Origin: Ruminococcus sp.
Lineage (GTDB): Bacteria > Bacillota > Clostridia > Oscillospirales > Ruminococcaceae
Direction: 5' to 3'
NCBI GenBank assembly: GCA_017480865.1
Contig: JAFURN010000109.1
Location: forward strand, 4,464 to 68,463
DNA length: 64,000 nt
Below, in pieces: positions 48,816 through 57,417 of the stretch (positions within the stretch are counted from its first letter, which is position 1; each line of letters opens with the position of its first letter). The notes under the pieces were generated by a model that had not been told where the DNA came from, ran no database searches, and saw nothing but the letters and a program-made list of their open reading frames with translations. The translations under genes and the position numbers were made by a program.

Positions 48816-50843
48816 TTATACCTCCCCTTTTTGCCGCACTGTCTGAAGCAGCACGGAATTTTCCAGATTTACTTTCGCCTTCACCGGCAGTCTGCGCACA
48901 GTTTCATGATAAAGGTCCTGAGCAACCAGTCCCAATTCCGCAAACACATCCAGTGCAATGCGCAGCTTACAATAATTCATCGGAAGAGACTGCATGTGCA
49001 TAAAGAGCGCATCCATGCCAATGCCTCCCTCCGGAATCTTTTTATAGACAGCAGTCAGCTCCTCACGAGCAGGAGTGATCGCCTTATAATATGCCTTTGA
49101 AAGTTCCTCACCCCGGATAAACTGCTCATAGGCATCCTTTGCCGCAAAATATTTCGCCTGCTTGACACCGCTTCTGCGATAGTCCTGCACGATCAGGCTG
49201 AGGCTCGTTCGTCCCCCGAATTGATTGATCCCCACTGTTACAAGCAGATCACACATATCCTCGGGCTTTAGGCTGACCGCTTCCGGTGCTGTACGGAAAA
49301 GCAGCGCTTCGATCGCCATACTGCCATATATGAGTCTGAGTTTCGTATGCAGCCCGCCGGACAAGGGGACCAGCTCCTTCAGCACGGCATGGCAAAGGGC
49401 AAATACCGGAGCGGGATTCCCTGCACCATAAGGCTCCAGAAGTTCCAGCCCGGCAACATTCTCTATGGTCAGATCCTGCGGCATCAGCAGCTTATCTGCC
49501 TTTGCCGTCATTACAGGCATCTGGGGGAAATTCCGGGCTGCATAGGCAAGCACAGCCTCTGTAAAAGCAGGAACACTTTCCGGTTCCAGCGAAAAGCCGC
49601 CTGCACCCATATGTCCGCCGTATTTGGTCAGATGCGCCTTACAAGCATCCAGACAGGCGAATACAGAAAATGCATCAAAGGAACGTGCAGAGCCTCGTGC
49701 GCCGTTCTCCTCCAGAGTTATCATAAACACAGGCTTTCCGAAACGCTCCTGCAATCGTGCTGCCACAATACCAATAACACCATGATGCCATTGCGCTCCG
49801 GCAAAAACCAGTACCCGTCGGCACAGAAGCGCCGGATCCTTTTCGATCTGTCCTTCGATTTCTGCAAGGATTTTTTCTTCTTCCTTTTTACGTGCGCAGT
49901 TGCACTGCTCCAGTTGCTCGGCAAGCACTTTTGCTTCCTCCGGCGTTTCCGCCAGCAGCAGGTGTACTGCCTGAAGCGGAGAGCCGAACCGGCCTGCCGC
50001 ATTGATGCGGGGTGCCAGAGAGAATGCCATTGTTGTAGACGTCAGCTTCTTTCCCAGAACACCGCTCTTCTCCATAAGTGCCAGGAGTCCCGGACGTTCC
50101 GTATTGGCAAGAAGCCGCAGTCCCATCTGTACAAGATAACGGTTTTCACTGGAAAGCTCCACAACATCCGCAACCGTAGCAATGGCAGCCAGCTCACCAA
50201 ACTGCTCCATTGCCATGGTATCATCGCCGCCGTCCATTGCAGCAATCAGCAGAAGGGCGATTCCTGCACCGCAGTATTTCTTATAGGGAGAAGCACAGTC
50301 GCTCCGGTGCGGGTCAACCACTGCTTCTGCACGAGGCAGTTCCTCCAGAGGCTGATGATGATCCGTCACCACAAGACGCATTCCCATTTCATAGATCAGT
50401 TCCGCTTCCCGAAGGGCGGTAATGCCATTATCCACTGTCACGATCAGTTCCGCACCATCCTCGTGCAGCTGACGGATGGCAGCTTCATTCAAGCCGTAGC
50501 CCTCTTCCCGTTCGGGAATGTAGTATGTCACATCCGCCCCCAGTTCAGACAGATAGGAGTACAGAATGACGGTTGCCATAACACCATCGCAGTCATAGTC
50601 GCCGTAAATGCAGATCGAGATTCCTGCATCAATTGCTGCATTGATGGTATCCGCAGCAGCCTGCATATCCTGAATCAGAAAGGGGTCAGACAGACCATCG
50701 CAGTTCAGGAGCGCCGCAGCCTCCTCCAGAGAAAAGATTCCACGGGCGGCAAGCACCTCTGCACACAGCATGGAAATATCACTGCCCGCACACAATGCCT
50801 GTGCGATTTTTAGATCAAGTTCTGTCATCTGCCACTTCTTCAT
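48816..50843 (-). CDS. recJ: Single-stranded-DNA exonuclease RecJ
   Basis: GDYDCDG, TVDNGI, TDHH, PRINAAGR, RGSARS, GGH. Confidence 0.96.
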   Translation of the reverse strand: MKKWQMTELDLKIAQALCAGSDISMLCAEVLAARGIFSLEEAAALLNCDGLSDPFLIQDMQAAADTINAAIDAGISICIYGDYDCDGVMATVILYSYLSELGADVTYYIPEREEGYGLNEAAIRQLHEDGAELIVTVDNGITALREAELIYEMGMRLVVTDHHQPLEELPRAEAVVDPHRSDCASPYKKYCGAGIALLLIAAMDGGDDTMAMEQFGELAAIATVADVVELSSENRYLVQMGLRLLANTERPGLLALMEKSGVLGKKLTSTTMAFSLAPRINAAGRFGSPLQAVHLLLAETPEEAKVLAEQLEQCNCARKKEEEKILAEIEGQIEKDPALLCRRVLVFAGAQWHHGVIGIVAARLQERFGKPVFMITLEENGARGSARSFDAFSVFACLDACKAHLTKYGGHMGAGGFSLEPESVPAFTEAVLAYAARNFPQMPVMTAKADKLLMPQDLTIENVAGLELLEPYGAGNPAPVFALCHAVLKELVPLSGGLHTKLRLIYGSMAIEALLFRTAPEAVSLKPEDMCDLLVTVGINQFGGRTSLSLIVQDYRRSGVKQAKYFAAKDAYEQFIRGEELSKAYYKAITPAREELTAVYKKIPEGGIGMDALFMHMQSLPMNYCKLRIALDVFAELGLVAQDLYHETVRRLPVKAKVNLENSVLLQTVRQKGEV

Positions 50844-51088
50844 CTTGCTGCTCCTCCTGCAAAGCGTTTTTTCGTTCTGATTATACTTGATACTATTATA
50901 CATGAATTTACAAAAGATTGCAATAGATGCCGCTGATTTCAGTGTTTTCCATGACATTCAATCGTGAAATTTAGTCAAAAAATCCATACAGGATCAGCGT
51001 GGCGCATTTTCGTGACAATATGCAAAAAATACAGATAAAAATTCGTGACGAATCCCGTTTTTTCGGCAGCTGTCTGGTAAAAACGAAA

Positions 51089-51121
51089 ATGGAGCTGCTG
51101 TATCTTGTACAGCAACTCCAT
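51089..51121 (-). terminator. Intrinsic terminator after GNAT gene
   Basis: ATGGAGCTGCTGTA-TCTTG-TACAGCAACTCCAT hairpin. Confidence 0.7.
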
Positions 51122-51134
51122 TTATTTTATCCGT

Positions 51135-51791
51135 TTACCAGGTTATCGCCGAATGACTGTGAATATAGAATTCCTCCTGACTCGGCTGCCACTTCTTCTC
51201 CTTCGGCGGGAAAAGCCGGTCAAATTCCGCCACAGCTTCCGTATCGCCGCAAGGCGCATCCGCATTGTTCGGATGATAAAGCCACTTTCTGCCATCGAGG
51301 GCACCATCCTTCAGTTCCTTTACAAGCAGAGCCGCAGGGTATACATCCCCTTCAAAGCACACATTGTACTTTTTACAGCTTTTGTAGCCCCGTGCAACAT
51401 AATTGTCAGGGTTGCCGAAATTTACAACGGTATCATATCCGAGTTCCACCGCTTTCTCAAAGGTGTGCAGGAGCAGAGCCTTTCCGTATCCCTTTCGCTG
51501 ATGATCGGGATGAATGCAAAGCGGACCCATGGAAAGGATACGCTTTTCCGTACCGTTTTCGTCCACAAGCTTCGCTTTGGTATACATGATACTGCCGATG
51601 ATTTTTCCATCCGCTTCAAGGACAAAGCCGAGTTCCGGCACAAAAGCCTCATGGCTTCTCATTACATGGATAAAGTAATGCTCATCGCAGCCGGGAACAC
51701 TCAGATTCCAGAATGCTTCACGGGCAAGGTTTTCTGTTTCACGATAATCGTTTTCTGTTTCCAAACGGATCATATAGTCATTTTTATTCAT
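51135..51791 (-). CDS. GNAT N-acetyltransferase
   Basis: REAFWN..PGCDEHY, GPLCIHPDHQRKGYGK. Confidence 0.9.
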   Translation of the reverse strand: MNKNDYMIRLETENDYRETENLAREAFWNLSVPGCDEHYFIHVMRSHEAFVPELGFVLEADGKIIGSIMYTKAKLVDENGTEKRILSMGPLCIHPDHQRKGYGKALLLHTFEKAVELGYDTVVNFGNPDNYVARGYKSCKKYNVCFEGDVYPAALLVKELKDGALDGRKWLYHPNNADAPCGDTEAVAEFDRLFPPKEKKWQPSQEEFYIHSHSAITW

Positions 51792-51952
51792 TATTTTTCC
51801 TCCTGAAAATTGTTGACTCTCAATACGGGAGGTTTGTGTAAGACCAAGCGCAAACCTCCCGTTTACGCTGCAATCTCCTTTTTCATTGTGTTTTTCAAAA
51901 AAACGCTCCTTAAAATTATTCTATCATCACGCCTTCCGGCGGATCTGTCTTC

Positions 51953-51981
51953 ATTGTATCACATTCAGGATGTATTGTCAA
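51953..51981 (-). promoter_or_regulatory. Sigma-A promoter for the GNAT leader
   Basis: Minus strand TTGACA-17 bp-TACAAT. Confidence 0.75.
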
Positions 51982-51984
51982 TAT

Positions 51985-53004
51985 TTACTGATACTGATAC
52001 ACGCCAATATGCTCAAAGCCGTCCAGCAGCTTATCCACCTTGCGGAACGCAATCGCTGTACCCTTTGCCACACAGTTCAGCGGATTCTGGGCAACCACGC
52101 ACTTTACCTTGAGTGTACGCTCCACCAGCTTGCTCAGTCCGCCCAGCAGCGCTCCGCCGCCTGCCAGAAGGATACCGTTCTCATAAATATCACCCACAAG
52201 CTCCGGCGGCGTTTCCTCCAGAACCTTCTTGATCGCTTCGATGATCTGCGTTACCTCGTCCTCGATCGCCTCAAAGACATCCAGTTCACTGATCTCCACC
52301 TGCTCCGGCATACCGCTTACCAGATTTCTGCCCTTGGCAAACAGGGTGACATTCTCCCTCGGATCATAGAGATTCGTCAGTTCGCACTTGATTTTCTCTG
52401 CGGTTCGCTCACCGATCAGCAGCTTGTATTTTGTCTGCATATAGCGGATGATCGCCTGATCCAGTGTGTTGCCTGCCACCTTCACCGAATGGGAGGTAAC
52501 CACACCATTCATAGAAACGATCGCCACATCCGTTGTGCCGCCGCCAATGTCCACGATCATATTGCCGGTGGCAAGACTGATGTTCACGCCGGCTCCGATC
52601 AGTGCTGCAATGGGTTCATCAATGAGATAGGCTCTCCGGGAGCCTGCGCTCATAGCTGCCTCTACAACTGCACGTTTTTCCACGTCCGTAATAAAGGACG
52701 GCACACATATGATGATACGGGGCTTGATCAGGCTTTTGCCTGTTACCCGCTCAATGAATTCCCGGATCATGTACTGGGTCATGCGGTCATCTGAGATCAC
52801 GCCGTTACACAGCGGACGCACCACCTTGATGTACTCCGGAGTCTTGCCGATCATCCGGTAGGCATCTGTTCCCACTGCAAGAATTTCCAGGGTTCTTGTA
52901 TCATATGCCACGGCGGAGGGTTCATTCAGTACAACACCCTTCCGTCCCAGTGTGATCACAGTATTTGCCGTACCCAGGTCAATACCGATATCGATTGCTG
53001 CCAT
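51985..53004 (-). CDS. mreB: Rod shape-determining protein MreB/Mbl
   Basis: IGIDLGTAN, EPSAVA, VDIGGGTTDVA, LAGGGALL. Confidence 0.92.
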   Translation of the reverse strand: MAAIDIGIDLGTANTVITLGRKGVVLNEPSAVAYDTRTLEILAVGTDAYRMIGKTPEYIKVVRPLCNGVISDDRMTQYMIREFIERVTGKSLIKPRIIICVPSFITDVEKRAVVEAAMSAGSRRAYLIDEPIAALIGAGVNISLATGNMIVDIGGGTTDVAIVSMNGVVTSHSVKVAGNTLDQAIIRYMQTKYKLLIGERTAEKIKCELTNLYDPRENVTLFAKGRNLVSGMPEQVEISELDVFEAIEDEVTQIIEAIKKVLEETPPELVGDIYENGILLAGGGALLGGLSKLVERTLKVKCVVAQNPLNCVAKGTAIAFRKVDKLLDGFEHIGVYQYQ

Positions 53005-53006
53005 AG

Positions 53007-53723
53007 TTACTCCTCTCTCTTTCTGCACGTAGTAGCGGCAACCGCTGCATAGACTGCCTCTGCACCGCTTTCTTTCAGTAGTTCCGCACACCGGTTCATA
53101 GTGATACCGGTCGTCAGTATGTCATCACATAAAATCAGCCGGTAACCACGCAGGTCACGTCCGCCCGGCTGAAACGCTTCTGTATTTTCTGCACGTGCCC
53201 CGGCACCCAGCGTATGCTGTGCCCGATAGCCATGCTTTTTCTTCAAACAATTTTTAAGTACAGGAATATGCGTCACCGACGCAATTCCCTTTGCGATCAG
53301 TTCCGCCTGGTTGTAGCCCCGCAGCATACGCTTGCCGAAGCTCATGGGAACTGGTACGATACCATCTGTCATCATCCAGTCAGGCTGTTCCAGAATCCAT
53401 TTTCCGATCTGCTCTCCTGCATACCATCCGAAATTCCGGCTCGTGGATTTTTTCATAGCGATCAACCCGCTTTTCGCTTCCTTTTTATAGTAGGATATGG
53501 CAATCGCCTCATCATACGCCGGAAGCACCGCACACATACATTCTTCCTTTGCCTTGCCGCATTTCCTGCACAGCGCATCCGGGGATACATGGATCTTTTC
53601 CATGCAGGCACTGCAAAGATATGCATTCCATGGGAGAAACGCATCGCAGCAGGGACAGCGGTTCGGATACAGCAAATCAAGAAAAAAGCGACAGCAATTC
53701 CGCATCCGATTCATTGTCATCAT
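53007..53723 (-). CDS. comF: ComF-family protein (zinc ribbon + phosphoribosyltransferase fold)
   Basis: LYPNRCPCC, VPVP, RGYNQAE, LCDDILTTG; exact start uncertain. Confidence 0.88.
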   Translation of the reverse strand: MMTMNRMRNCCRFFLDLLYPNRCPCCDAFLPWNAYLCSACMEKIHVSPDALCRKCGKAKEECMCAVLPAYDEAIAISYYKKEAKSGLIAMKKSTSRNFGWYAGEQIGKWILEQPDWMMTDGIVPVPMSFGKRMLRGYNQAELIAKGIASVTHIPVLKNCLKKKHGYRAQHTLGAGARAENTEAFQPGGRDLRGYRLILCDDILTTGITMNRCAELLKESGAEAVYAAVAATTCRKREE

Positions 53724-55917
53724 CCTTTGTCAGCATATGCCTGAGGCATGTATAACGGTTGGTGCGGCGGTTGTTGTCTACCATCTCCTGCACCTTCTTC
53801 TGTGAGCCGACAACAATGAGCAGCTTCTTGGCACGTGTTACTGCTGTATACAGGAGATTGCGGTAATAAAGTTTATCAAATCCCCCCAGCAGCGGCAAAA
53901 TCACCACTTCAAACTCACTGCCCTGACTCTTGTGTACCGTAATAGCGTAGGCAAGTTCCAGCTGTTCCAGCATCTCAAAGGGATAGGTCACACGGCGGGT
54001 ATCAAAATCCACTACCGCTTCACCGCTGTGACGGTTGATGCTGAGGATCTTCCCAATGTCTCCGTTGAAAATGCCGGAGCCTTCCTCCCCATCCTTATGC
54101 CAGATAATATCATAGTTATTCTTCATCTGCATGACCTTGTCACCCTCACGGAAGGTATAGATCATGGATTTTACCTCCTGCAAGCCGGGCTTCTGAGGAT
54201 TGAGCGCATGCTGCAGTTTTTTGTTCAGTTCCACAACACCCAGCACGCCCTTTCTGGAGGGGGATATGATCTGGATGTCATCCACCGGTGAGTATTTATA
54301 AGCCTCCGGCAGCCGGTTCTTTGTCAGCTGCAGGACAAGCTCTGTTACCTTGTCCGGCTGCAAACGCTGAAAGAAAAAGAAATCCGCATTTTTCTGCGTA
54401 AGGTCCGGGTATTCTCCATGGATGATCTTATGGGCATTGGTAATGATGCAGCTTTCCTGCGCCTGCCGGAAAATCTGCTTGAGCGCAATAACAGGGATCT
54501 GTTTGCTGTCGATCAGATCCTTCAGAAGATTGCCGGGACCTACAGAGGGCAGCTGGTCGCTGTCCCCTACCAGGATCACCTTGCAGCCAAGCCGGAGCGC
54601 ACGGAGCAAGCCCTCAAACAAAAGCACATCCACCATGGACATCTCGTCCACTACCATGACATCACAGATCAGAGGGTTATTCTCGTTATGCTTGAATCGG
54701 GGCTGTCCTGCCATATCAAACTCCACCTCCAGAAGTCGGTGGATGGTTTTTGCTTCGTATCCGGTCAGATCGGAAATACGCTGGGCAGCCCGTCCTGTAG
54801 GTGCTGCGATCATCACACGGCAGCCCTGTTTTTCATACAGGGAAATAATCGCATTGAGCGTAGTGGTTTTGCCGGTACCGGGACCTCCGGTCATGATCAT
54901 AATGCTCCGGGAAAGCGCAGTAGCAATTGCCTCACGCTGGAGGGCTTCATATTGGATCCGGTGCTGGATCTGCTCCTCGTCGATCATTTTCTCATACTGA
55001 GAAAGCTCGTCCCGGGTACTGAAATCCCGCAGCACACGCATACGGTCGGCAATATAGCATTCTGCATGATAATAATCAGGCAGATACACAAACTCACGTT
55101 CACCCTTGATATATTCAAAAAGGTTGCCTTCTGCAAGCTCCTGCTGGTAAATTTCATAGAACACCTTTTCAGGAACATTCAGATACTCACAGGTTTTGGG
55201 CTGCAAACGATCAAGCGGCAGACAGGTATAGCCGTTGTGGGTATTGTGCATCAGCACAAAGGCAATGCCTGCGGCAACACGATTGGGAGAGGTTCCGGGA
55301 ATGTGCAGGTCATGCGCAAGCTTTTCCACACGCCGGAATTCCAGATCGATTCCTGCGGAACACAGAAGATAGGGGTTTGCGCAAATCATTTCCCGTGCGC
55401 CGCTTCCGAATTTCTGATACACACGCATGGCATACTTGGAACGGATGCCATACTGGGAGAGAAATGTCATAATACCTCTCAGGGCGAATATCTCCTTGAC
55501 CTCTTGTGCGATATTCTCGCACTTTTTCGGAGAAATTCCACGGATCTCCAGAAGCTTTGTCGGTTCCTTTTCCATGATTTCCAGGGTCCTCGAACCGAAC
55601 ACATCCACGATCTTCTTTGCAAGCGACGGTCCGATGCCTTTGATGGCACCCGATGCCAGATACCGCTGGATATTCAGCGCATCCGCAGGAAGCTTACGTT
55701 CACAATACTGTGCCTGAAACTGCGTGCCGAAGCGAGGATGTGTCACGTAGCTGCCCTCTAAGATCAGCTGTTCGCCTTCGTCCACGTCGCCGATCTCCCC
55801 GACGACCGTAATCAGTTCACCGCCGGCATTCAGGTCCAGGACCATATAGCCGTTCTGCTCATTGCGGAACAATACATTTTCTACAGTTCCCTCCATATGC
55901 AGGGTCTGCCCTTCCAC
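53677..55917 (-). CDS. recD2: ATP-dependent RecD-like helicase
   Basis: IKGIGP HhH, GGPGTGKTT, APTGRAA, TIHRLLE, DEMSM, TVHKSQGSE, LYTAVTRA; GTG start after AGGAGG. Confidence 0.95.
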   Translation of the reverse strand: MEGQTLHMEGTVENVLFRNEQNGYMVLDLNAGGELITVVGEIGDVDEGEQLILEGSYVTHPRFGTQFQAQYCERKLPADALNIQRYLASGAIKGIGPSLAKKIVDVFGSRTLEIMEKEPTKLLEIRGISPKKCENIAQEVKEIFALRGIMTFLSQYGIRSKYAMRVYQKFGSGAREMICANPYLLCSAGIDLEFRRVEKLAHDLHIPGTSPNRVAAGIAFVLMHNTHNGYTCLPLDRLQPKTCEYLNVPEKVFYEIYQQELAEGNLFEYIKGEREFVYLPDYYHAECYIADRMRVLRDFSTRDELSQYEKMIDEEQIQHRIQYEALQREAIATALSRSIMIMTGGPGTGKTTTLNAIISLYEKQGCRVMIAAPTGRAAQRISDLTGYEAKTIHRLLEVEFDMAGQPRFKHNENNPLICDVMVVDEMSMVDVLLFEGLLRALRLGCKVILVGDSDQLPSVGPGNLLKDLIDSKQIPVIALKQIFRQAQESCIITNAHKIIHGEYPDLTQKNADFFFFQRLQPDKVTELVLQLTKNRLPEAYKYSPVDDIQIISPSRKGVLGVVELNKKLQHALNPQKPGLQEVKSMIYTFREGDKVMQMKNNYDIIWHKDGEEGSGIFNGDIGKILSINRHSGEAVVDFDTRRVTYPFEMLEQLELAYAITVHKSQGSEFEVVILPLLGGFDKLYYRNLLYTAVTRAKKLLIVVGSQKKVQEMVDNNRRTNRYTCLRHMLTKDDDNESDAELLSLFS

Positions 55918-55949
55918 ATCCTCACCTCCTTTTTTCGCGTATACTATCA

Positions 55950-56339
55950 TTATACTATCTTTTCCGACAAATTGCAATCCTTTTCCGCAGAGTTTTTCTC
56001 TGGGAACAAAAGGGCGGTAAACGCATCCAGGCTGCAATAAATGAGGGAGGCTTCCTTTTCGCAAATCCTGCGGACTGCTTCTGACTGTTCCTCCGGAACA
56101 TTGAGATGCACCACATAGATTTCCGACAAAAACGCACGATCCATCCAGCATGCACGGGACAGGAACGACTGCAGATACACTGCAAAGTCTGCATCCTCCT
56201 TCCGATACACAAGTACGGTAAAAGCACTGCGTTCCGTTTGCTTTTCCTTCCTGTCAGGCTGGAAGAAAATATACACAAGTTCCGTTACAGCCATCACACA
56301 GAGAATGAGGATTCCTGCAATCACAAGACCATCCACCAT
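55950..56339 (-). CDS. Hypothetical membrane-anchored protein
   Basis: N-terminal TM; AGGAGG RBS. Confidence 0.65.
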   Translation of the reverse strand: MVDGLVIAGILILCVMAVTELVYIFFQPDRKEKQTERSAFTVLVYRKEDADFAVYLQSFLSRACWMDRAFLSEIYVVHLNVPEEQSEAVRRICEKEASLIYCSLDAFTALLFPEKNSAEKDCNLSEKIV

Positions 56340-56552
56340 ATATACCGTCACCTCCTGCCCTATTATATGCAGAATCTGGAAAAATTGTCAGCTTTTAACA
56401 ATACGGTTCTGAGATGTTGAAGACGAAAAAGGGATTGCAATTACCCTGTTGATTCTTCTGTATAAAAGTGTAAGTTTTACCATAGGAACCTCCTCATAAC
56501 ACTAAGTTAGGGATATAAACTACAATTTACCACAACAATTCGAATTGAACCT

Positions 56553-56599
56553 AAGAAGAGAGGGCTATTGCAGAAAATTGCAGCAGCCCTCATTTTTTT
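56553..56599. terminator. Intrinsic terminator
   Basis: GAGGGCTATTGCA...TGCAGCAGCCCTC hairpin at the 3' end of the hexapeptide gene. Confidence 0.65.
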
Positions 56600-56609
56600 A
56601 AATCACATA

Positions 56610-57275
56610 TTATTCCTTCGGCACAATAATACCGCCGGTTTTATAGATACTCTGAGCCGGTACAACACCACGTACACTGCTCAGCGGATAGACGTTGGAA
56701 TTTGCCCCGACTACAGTACCCGGATTCAGTACACTGTTGCAGCCGATCTCCACGCAGTCACCCAGCATCGCACCGATCTTACGCAGTCCGGTTTCAATCG
56801 GCCCTTCCTCTCCGCGAACAACGATCGGCGTTTTATCCGACTTGATATTCGAGGTAATCGATCCTGCACCCATATGCGCCTTATAACCCAGAATGCTGTC
56901 ACCCACATAATTGTAATGCGGTGTCTGAACATGATCGAAGAGAATGACATTCTTCAGTTCAACAGAGTTACCTACCACGCAGCCTTCTCCCACAAGCGCA
57001 CTGCCTCGGATAAAAGCACCGTGACGTACTTCGGAAAACGCTCCAATGATGCAAGGCGAACCCAGATAGGCAGAGGGAAACACCGTTGCAGTTTTATGTA
57101 CCCATACATGCTCAGAAGGGTTATCATACTCGTCCGCAGGAAGCGTGTTTCCCAGTGCGATGATCATTTCGCTGATGCCTCTGAGCGCCTCCCAGGGATA
57201 GGTAAACTGTGCGAGATAATTCTTAGCAAGTGTGTGCTCCAATGAATAGAGGTTCGAAATTTTAGCCTGTTCCAT
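56610..57275 (-). CDS. Left-handed beta-helix (hexapeptide repeat) acyltransferase, GlmU C-terminal-like
   Basis: EVRHGAFIRG, VGNSVELKN, PHYNYVGDSILG, GCNSVLNPG. Confidence 0.88.
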   Translation of the reverse strand: MEQAKISNLYSLEHTLAKNYLAQFTYPWEALRGISEMIIALGNTLPADEYDNPSEHVWVHKTATVFPSAYLGSPCIIGAFSEVRHGAFIRGSALVGEGCVVGNSVELKNVILFDHVQTPHYNYVGDSILGYKAHMGAGSITSNIKSDKTPIVVRGEEGPIETGLRKIGAMLGDCVEIGCNSVLNPGTVVGANSNVYPLSSVRGVVPAQSIYKTGGIIVPKE

Positions 57276-57367
57276 ATAAACTCTCCTTATATTGTGCTGA
57301 ATGATTTCAGCGTTTTTTCCTCTATTAGGATACCATATTTTACGGCCTTCGTCAAGCATGCAAACGA

Positions 57368-57398
57368 AAAAGAACCGCTGCACACGCAGCGGTTCTTT
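57368..57398 (-). terminator. Intrinsic terminator after GH9 gene
   Basis: AAAGAACCGCTGC-ACAC-GCAGCGGTTCTTT. Confidence 0.85.
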
Positions 57399-57417
57399 AA
57401 ACATTTACTCAGAGAAA

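Noticed and set aside
45956-50843. apt and dtd missing from the recJ-relA-MBL-hemZ cluster
   Set aside because: Genes abut with no scars; likely ordinary lineage gene order.
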